Shown here in pieces: positions 57,305 through 64,000 of a stretch of 64,000 bases of DNA. The stretch lies in NCBI RefSeq assembly GCF_009914755.1, contig NC_060947.1, one strand, 5' to 3'. A model generated the notes under the pieces. It saw nothing but the letters and a program-made list of their open reading frames with translations, searched no databases and was not told the DNA's origin. The position numbers were made by a program, and so were the translations under genes. Source of the stretch: the human T2T-CHM13v2.0 reference genome, Homo sapiens. Positions within the stretch are counted from its first letter, which is position 1; every line of letters starts with the position of its first letter.

Positions 57305-60300
57305 TATCTGTACCGATGTCTTCTGTATCTGTTTATCTGTCTATACGTGTATGTGTGTCTCTATATGTATCTCTATCTGGTCTGTGTCTCTGCTGGCATC
57401 TGTATCTGTAGCTATGTATTTATCTGGATCTGTATCTGTGTCTACATCTGCATTGGTGTCTCTCTATGCATCTACATCTGTGTCTCTATCTGTATCTGTG
57501 TCTCTAGATGTTCTCTTTCTCCGTATGTGTGTGTTTTTCTGTCTCTACATGTATCTGGTTGGTGTCTCCATCTGCATCTGTATCTGTGTTTCTGCATGTA
57601 TCTATATTTGTGTCTCTCTCTGTATCTGGTCTGTGTCTCTACCGGTATCTGTATCTGTACCTGCTTCTGTGTCTCTCTGTAGATTTCTGTCTGTGTCTCT
57701 ACCTCTAGCTCTATCTGCACCTGTTTATATATTTGTATCTGTATCTGTCTCTACCTTGTAGTTACCTGCACCCATATGTGTATCTGTCTCTATCAGTAGT
57801 GTATCTGTGTCTCTGTTTCTCTGCCTATACCTGTATCTGTGTCTCTCTGTAGATATAGATCTGTGTCTCTGGCTGCATCTGTCTCTACCTTTATCTGTAT
57901 CTGTGTCTCTTCCTGTATCTAAGTCTGTGTCTATGTCTCTACCTGTGTTTATATCTGTATCTGTTTCCATTTGTATCTGTGAGCCTATTTGTATCTATAT
58001 CCGTGTCTGTATCTTTAACTATATATGATTATATACTTGTACCTGTATTTGTTTTTAATTTTTTTCTCTTTTTTTCTGCTACTACTTCTGAGGCAATTAT
58101 ACTTATATTTATGTCTCTACTGTATCTATATCTGTATCTGTGTCTTATTTGCATTTGGTGTCTGTCTATGTGTATCTATCTGATTATGAATCTCTGCCTT
58201 TACCTGTACCTGCATCTGTATCTGTATTTTTGTCTCTCCTTGAATAACTATCTGTATATGTATCTATACCTTTATCTGCATGTGTCTCTAATCTATCTGT
58301 ATCTGTATCTTTATGCATCTGTCTGTGTCTCTTCCTTATGTTTGTTTGTACATATATCTGTGTCTTTACTTAATCCTGTATTTGTGCCTCTACTTGTATT
58401 TGTTTCTCTGTGTCTATCGGTATCTGTGTTTCTACCTGTGTCTATTCCTGTATCTGTGTCTATATCTCTGTTTGTACCTATATCTGTGTCTACACCTGTA
58501 TCTGCGTCTGTATATGTATCTGTATCTGTGTCCTTACCTGTATTTGTATCTGTACACATATGTGTGTCTTTATCTGTATCTATGTCTCTACCTATACATG
58601 CGTCTGCATTTCTACTTGTATTTGTGTCTCTTTCTGTATGTATATGTCTCTCTTTCTCCATTTCTGTCTCTGCCTGTATCTGTGTTTCTATCTGTACCTG
58701 TATCTGCATCTTTACCTGTATCTGTGTCTCCACAGTTATCTGCATCTGTATCTGTGTCTTGACTTGCATCTGTACATCTACCTGTATCTCTTCTGTACCT
58801 GTGTCTATATCTGTGTCTGCATCTCTATCCATATTTCTTTCTGTACCTATATTTGTGTCTCTATATCTGCATCCATGTTTTTACCTGTATCTGTCCTTGT
58901 ATCTGTGTCTGTATCAGTTTATGTGTCTGTGTCTGTTGTATCTGTGTCCCTATCTACATCTGTATCTGTGTCTCTATTTGTATCTCTGTCTATACCTGTA
59001 TCTGTATCTCTACCTTTATCTGTATTGTATCTGTGTCTTTCCATTTGTCTGTATCTGTTTCTGAATCTATGTTTCTGTCTCTATCTATGCTTGCATCTAT
59101 GCCTCTCTCTATATTTGTATCTGTGCCTGTATGTGTATCAGCTTCTGTCTCTACCTGTATCTTTTCTGAACTGTGTCTATATAATTTCCTGTATTAGTGT
59201 TTCTACCTTTATCTGTATCTCTCTCTGTACCTTTATCTGTGCCTCTATATCAGAATCTGCATTGCTACCTTTATCTCTGTCTCTATCTCTTTCTGGATCT
59301 TTGTGTGTACACGTATGTTTATTTGTATCTGTCTACCTCTATCAATATCTCTTCCTGTAGGTGTATTTGTATTTGTGTCTCCAGTTATATCTGTATCTGT
59401 GTCTCTACCTATATCTATATCTGTGTTTCTCTTTGTGTCTGTGTCTCTAACTGTATCTGTATCTGTGTCTCTACTTGTATGTATATCTCTATATGTAAGT
59501 TCTGTACCCGAATCTGTATTTCTATCTGTATCTATATCAGTGTATCTAATTTTATCTGTTTCTGTGTTGTACCTGTCTCCATTTGTATCTGGACTGTGTC
59601 TCTCCCTGCATATGTATCTATGTCTCTGTTTCTATCTTTACCTCTGTCTCTATCTGTATCAGTATCTGTGCCTCTATTGTATTTATATCTGTGTCTGTGT
59701 CTCTATCTTTATCTCTATCTGGTCTGTGTCTTCACCTGTATCTGAATTGGTATTTTTGTCTCTACTTATACCCCTGTTTCTGTATCTGTGTCTTCATCTG
59801 TGTCTGCATGTGTATTTCTCCCATCCGAGTACTAGCCAGGTCCAACCCTGCTCAGCTTCTGAGATCAGAGAAGATCAGGTGCATTCAGGATGGTATGGTC
59901 ATAGTGTAGACTGTCTGTATATTTCTACCTGTATCTCCACCTGTGCTTCTACCTCAGTCTCTACCTGTGTCTCTACCTGTATCTATGTCTCAATATGGAT
60001 CTCTGTCTGTATCTGCATCTATGTCTCCATCTGTATCGAATCTGATCTATCCCTGTATGTATATTTGTCTCTATGTCTTCTCGTATCTATGTCTCTATCT
60101 GTGTCTCTACCTGTATCTGTGTCTGCATTAGTGTCTCTACCTGTATCTCTCTGCTCCTATGTCTGCGTCTCTGTATCTCTATCTTTGGCTCCACCTGTGT
60201 TTATGTCTGTGTCTGTGTCTATCTATATTCATGTTTTTACCAGTATCTGTATGTTTGTCTAACTGTATCTATAGCAGTACCTGTGTCTCTATCTGTATCT

Positions 60301-61320
60301 GTATCTCTACCTGCGTCTGTATCTATGCCTGTATCTGTGTCTTAATATGTATATCTTTCTGTACCTGTATCTGTGTCACCATCTGTATCTATATCTGATT
60401 TGTTCCTATATGTGTATTTGTATCTTTGTCTCTACCTGTATTTCTATTTTTATCTGTATCCATGTCTCTACCTGTACCTGTTTCTGCATTTGTGTCTCAA
60501 CCTGTATCTCTCTCTTCCTGTATCTTTGTCTCTATCTGTATCTCTGTGGCTGTACTTATGTCTATATTCTATCTGTGTCTATCTGTATTTAGGCCTCTTC
60601 CTGTATCTGTATCTATGTCTCATCCTATATCTCTATCTGTGCCTGTATCCGTGTATATTTATATCTGTGTCTCTACCTGTTTCTACATCTGTGTTTCTAT
60701 CTCTATCTGTGCCTCTCTGCCTGTGTCTATGTCTCTATCTGTATCTGTGTATTTGTCTCTACCTGTTTCTGTATCTGTGACTCTTCCTGTACCTCTGTCT
60801 GCACTTGTATCTCTACTATGGCTCTACATATATCTTTATCTGTGCACCTACACCTGTATCTGTATCTGTGTCTCTTATTATTTTTGTTTTCAACACGTAT
60901 CTCTATCTCTATCTGTATTGCTGTCTCTACCTCTATCTCATTTGTATCTGTGTATCTACTTGTACCTCTTTCTGTGCCTATATCTGTGTTTCTATTTGTA
61001 TCTGTGCCTCTCTCTGTATCTGTATCTGTTTCTCTATATTTATCTGTATATGCATCTCTACTTGTATCTGTCTGCATCCATTACTGTGACTAGACTTCTA
61101 TCTCTATTTGTTTGTGTATTTGTGTCTCTACTTAACGTCTCTCTCTGTATCTGCATCTTATCTTTATCTGTATACGCATCTGTATCTGTGTTTCTGCTTG
61201 CATCTCTATCTGTATCTACATTTCTGTGTGTCTTGTCTGTGTCTCTTCCTATATCTACACCTGTATCTGTGTCTTATCAGTACCTGTATCTGTGTGTCTC
61301 TACCTCTTTCTATACTTGTT
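57305..61320. repeat. ~4 kb degenerate hexamer tandem array (TCTGTA/TCTGTG/TCTCTA)
   Basis: Continuous 6-nt periodicity; recurring GTGTCTCTACCTGTATCT (e.g. 60101, 60131); dipeptide-repeat ORFs (SV, YL, CI) in all three + frames. Confidence 0.95.
59817..59911 (-). pseudogene. 3'-truncated 5S rRNA pseudogene
   Basis: Reverse complement CTATGACCATACCATCCTGAATGCACCTGATCTTCTCTGATCTCAGAAGCTGAGCAGGGTTGGACCTGGCTAGTACTCGGATGGGAGA aligns by eye to 5S rRNA nt ~3-90 with about 14 substitutions, many at CpG. Confidence 0.92.
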
Positions 61321-61374
61321 TGGTAAAAAGACTAGGAGGATGTTCAGAAAAATATTAGTAGTGGCTATTTCTTT

Positions 61375-62665
<1,291 letters not shown>

Positions 62666-62799
62666 TATCCTACTGAGAATCCATTGGTATCATTGTGTTT
62701 ATACTTTGTCTCAGTAAAACTATCTCTGTCAAACTCCATCCGTTTCTCCGTAGGTGAGCTCCATTGTGGCTACAAATAGGTCCCAAGAATGTTATGGGG

Positions 62800-63081
62800 A
62801 CATATGGACAGAGGGAAAAACAAGCAGAGAGGAAAGACGATGTGGAGACATAGGGAGAATGAATGCCAACTCTGTGCCAAGGAACACTTAAGGCTGCCAG
62901 AGGGTAGAAGAGAGGGCTGGAACAGGTTCTCCCTCACAGCTCAGCTCTCAGAAGGAACTCAATCTCCCAACACCTTGATCTTGAATTTGTAGCCTCCAGA
63001 ACTGTTAGACAATACATTTCTGTTGTTTAAGCTGCCTGGTCTTTGGCATTTTTGTTATGGCACTCCAGGCAAACTAATACA
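62800..63081 (+). mobile_element. MLT1B/C LTR 3' part
   Basis: GCCAAGGAACAC...CCTCCAGAACTGTTAGACAATACATTTCTGTTGTTTAAGC...AAACTAATACA. Confidence 0.8.
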
Positions 63082-63144
63082 GGACCCAAGCATCTCTGCT
63101 GGGGAGAGCAGATCATAGGCTACGATCACTACGAGCACTGTCTA

Positions 63145-63443
63145 GACCAGCACAGTCCAGTAGAAATATAATGCGAGCCACATGTGTAATTTTAAATTTC
63201 TTACTAGCTAGATTTAAAAGTAAAACAAAAAACAAAAACTGAAAAAGGGTGGAATTAATTTTAGCAATATATTTTATTTAACTCATTATTTGCAACATGT
63301 AATCATTTCAAGACATAATATAAAATTATTTTTAGTCTTTGAAATCCAGTGTGTTTTTTTTTTCTACATCTCAATTGGGACTAACCCAGTTTTAAATGCT
63401 CTATGAACACAAGGGGCTTGTGGCTCCTGGATTGGCCAGCATG
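63145..63443. mobile_element. MER33/MER3-like hAT-Charlie relic
   Basis: CAGTCCAGTAGAAATATAATGCGAGCCACATGTGTAATTTTAAATTT ... GTGGCTCCTGGATTGGCCAGCA. Confidence 0.7.
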
Positions 63444-64000
63444 AGTTTGCAGCCTAGGTCCCTGCAGTGGACCTGTGCATGGAGTGCCCTCAGACTTACT
63501 TCACCGGCAGCCAGTCAACACCAAATCGAAATGAGACTGGACCTGACTTATAAATATGCAGATCAGTATTAGAAAGACACATTTTCTTGAGTAGTAATTC
63601 CCAGGCAAACAGCTCTTCAATCTACACTGACTTGAGGCAGATCCCTGATATCCCCGCTTCCACCTGGCATTTAGCTCTCCCAAGCCATTGGATACCTCGG
63701 ATATATATGCCCACCTTGGTGTGTGCCTCAAATGCTGTTCAGACTATGGCTGCTGATGGCTTCTGTGAAGGAGAATCCTGCAACATGCTCCATGTTTGTT
63801 GAGGGCTCCAGTATCCTTCATTTCTCAGTATGAACACTTGATTCTGTCCTCAATGCTCTCCCTCACCACCTACCTGCCATGGTGCTTTCCTGGCTCCCTT
63901 CAGTAAAACATACCTGCTGGGCACTGCCCAACCTTCCAGCACTGCCTTCCTTCCCACCTACAATTTCAGCTTCCTTTCTGGTTTTACTTTTTGGATTTCA

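Noticed and set aside
57305-61320. CRISPR-like or coding-repeat interpretation of the array
   Set aside because: No constant repeat with unique spacers, no associated genes, and the context is mammalian.

Overview
Primate, almost certainly human, genomic DNA containing the complete HMGB3 gene on the + strand (Xq28 from established knowledge). The gene has a CpG-island promoter with three CCAAT boxes, a non-coding exon 1 ending at 16872, and four coding exons (19070-19219, 19521-19660, 20598-20772, 21247-21384) that splice to a 200-aa protein with two HMG boxes and an acidic tail. The 3' UTR is about 2.85 kb with two AATAAA signals. The rest is repeat-dense intergenic DNA: dozens of Alus, old L1/L2/MIR, MaLR/ERVL LTRs including a complete THE1 provirus, and DNA transposon relics. 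It also holds three retrocopies (full-length RPL19, a 3' fragment of RPL12, a truncated 5S rRNA) and a ~4 kb degenerate TCTRTR hexamer array. Nearly all other ORFs in the track are Alu or low-complexity artefacts. I cannot support a new biological system here. The best leads are three in-frame routes to N-terminally extended HMGB3, the 4 kb array with an embedded 5S copy, a cluster of palindromic TTTCCC-N4-GGGAAA/kB sites, and a 3' UTR switch by alternative polyadenylation. Repeat subfamily names and boundaries were judged by eye and are approximate.
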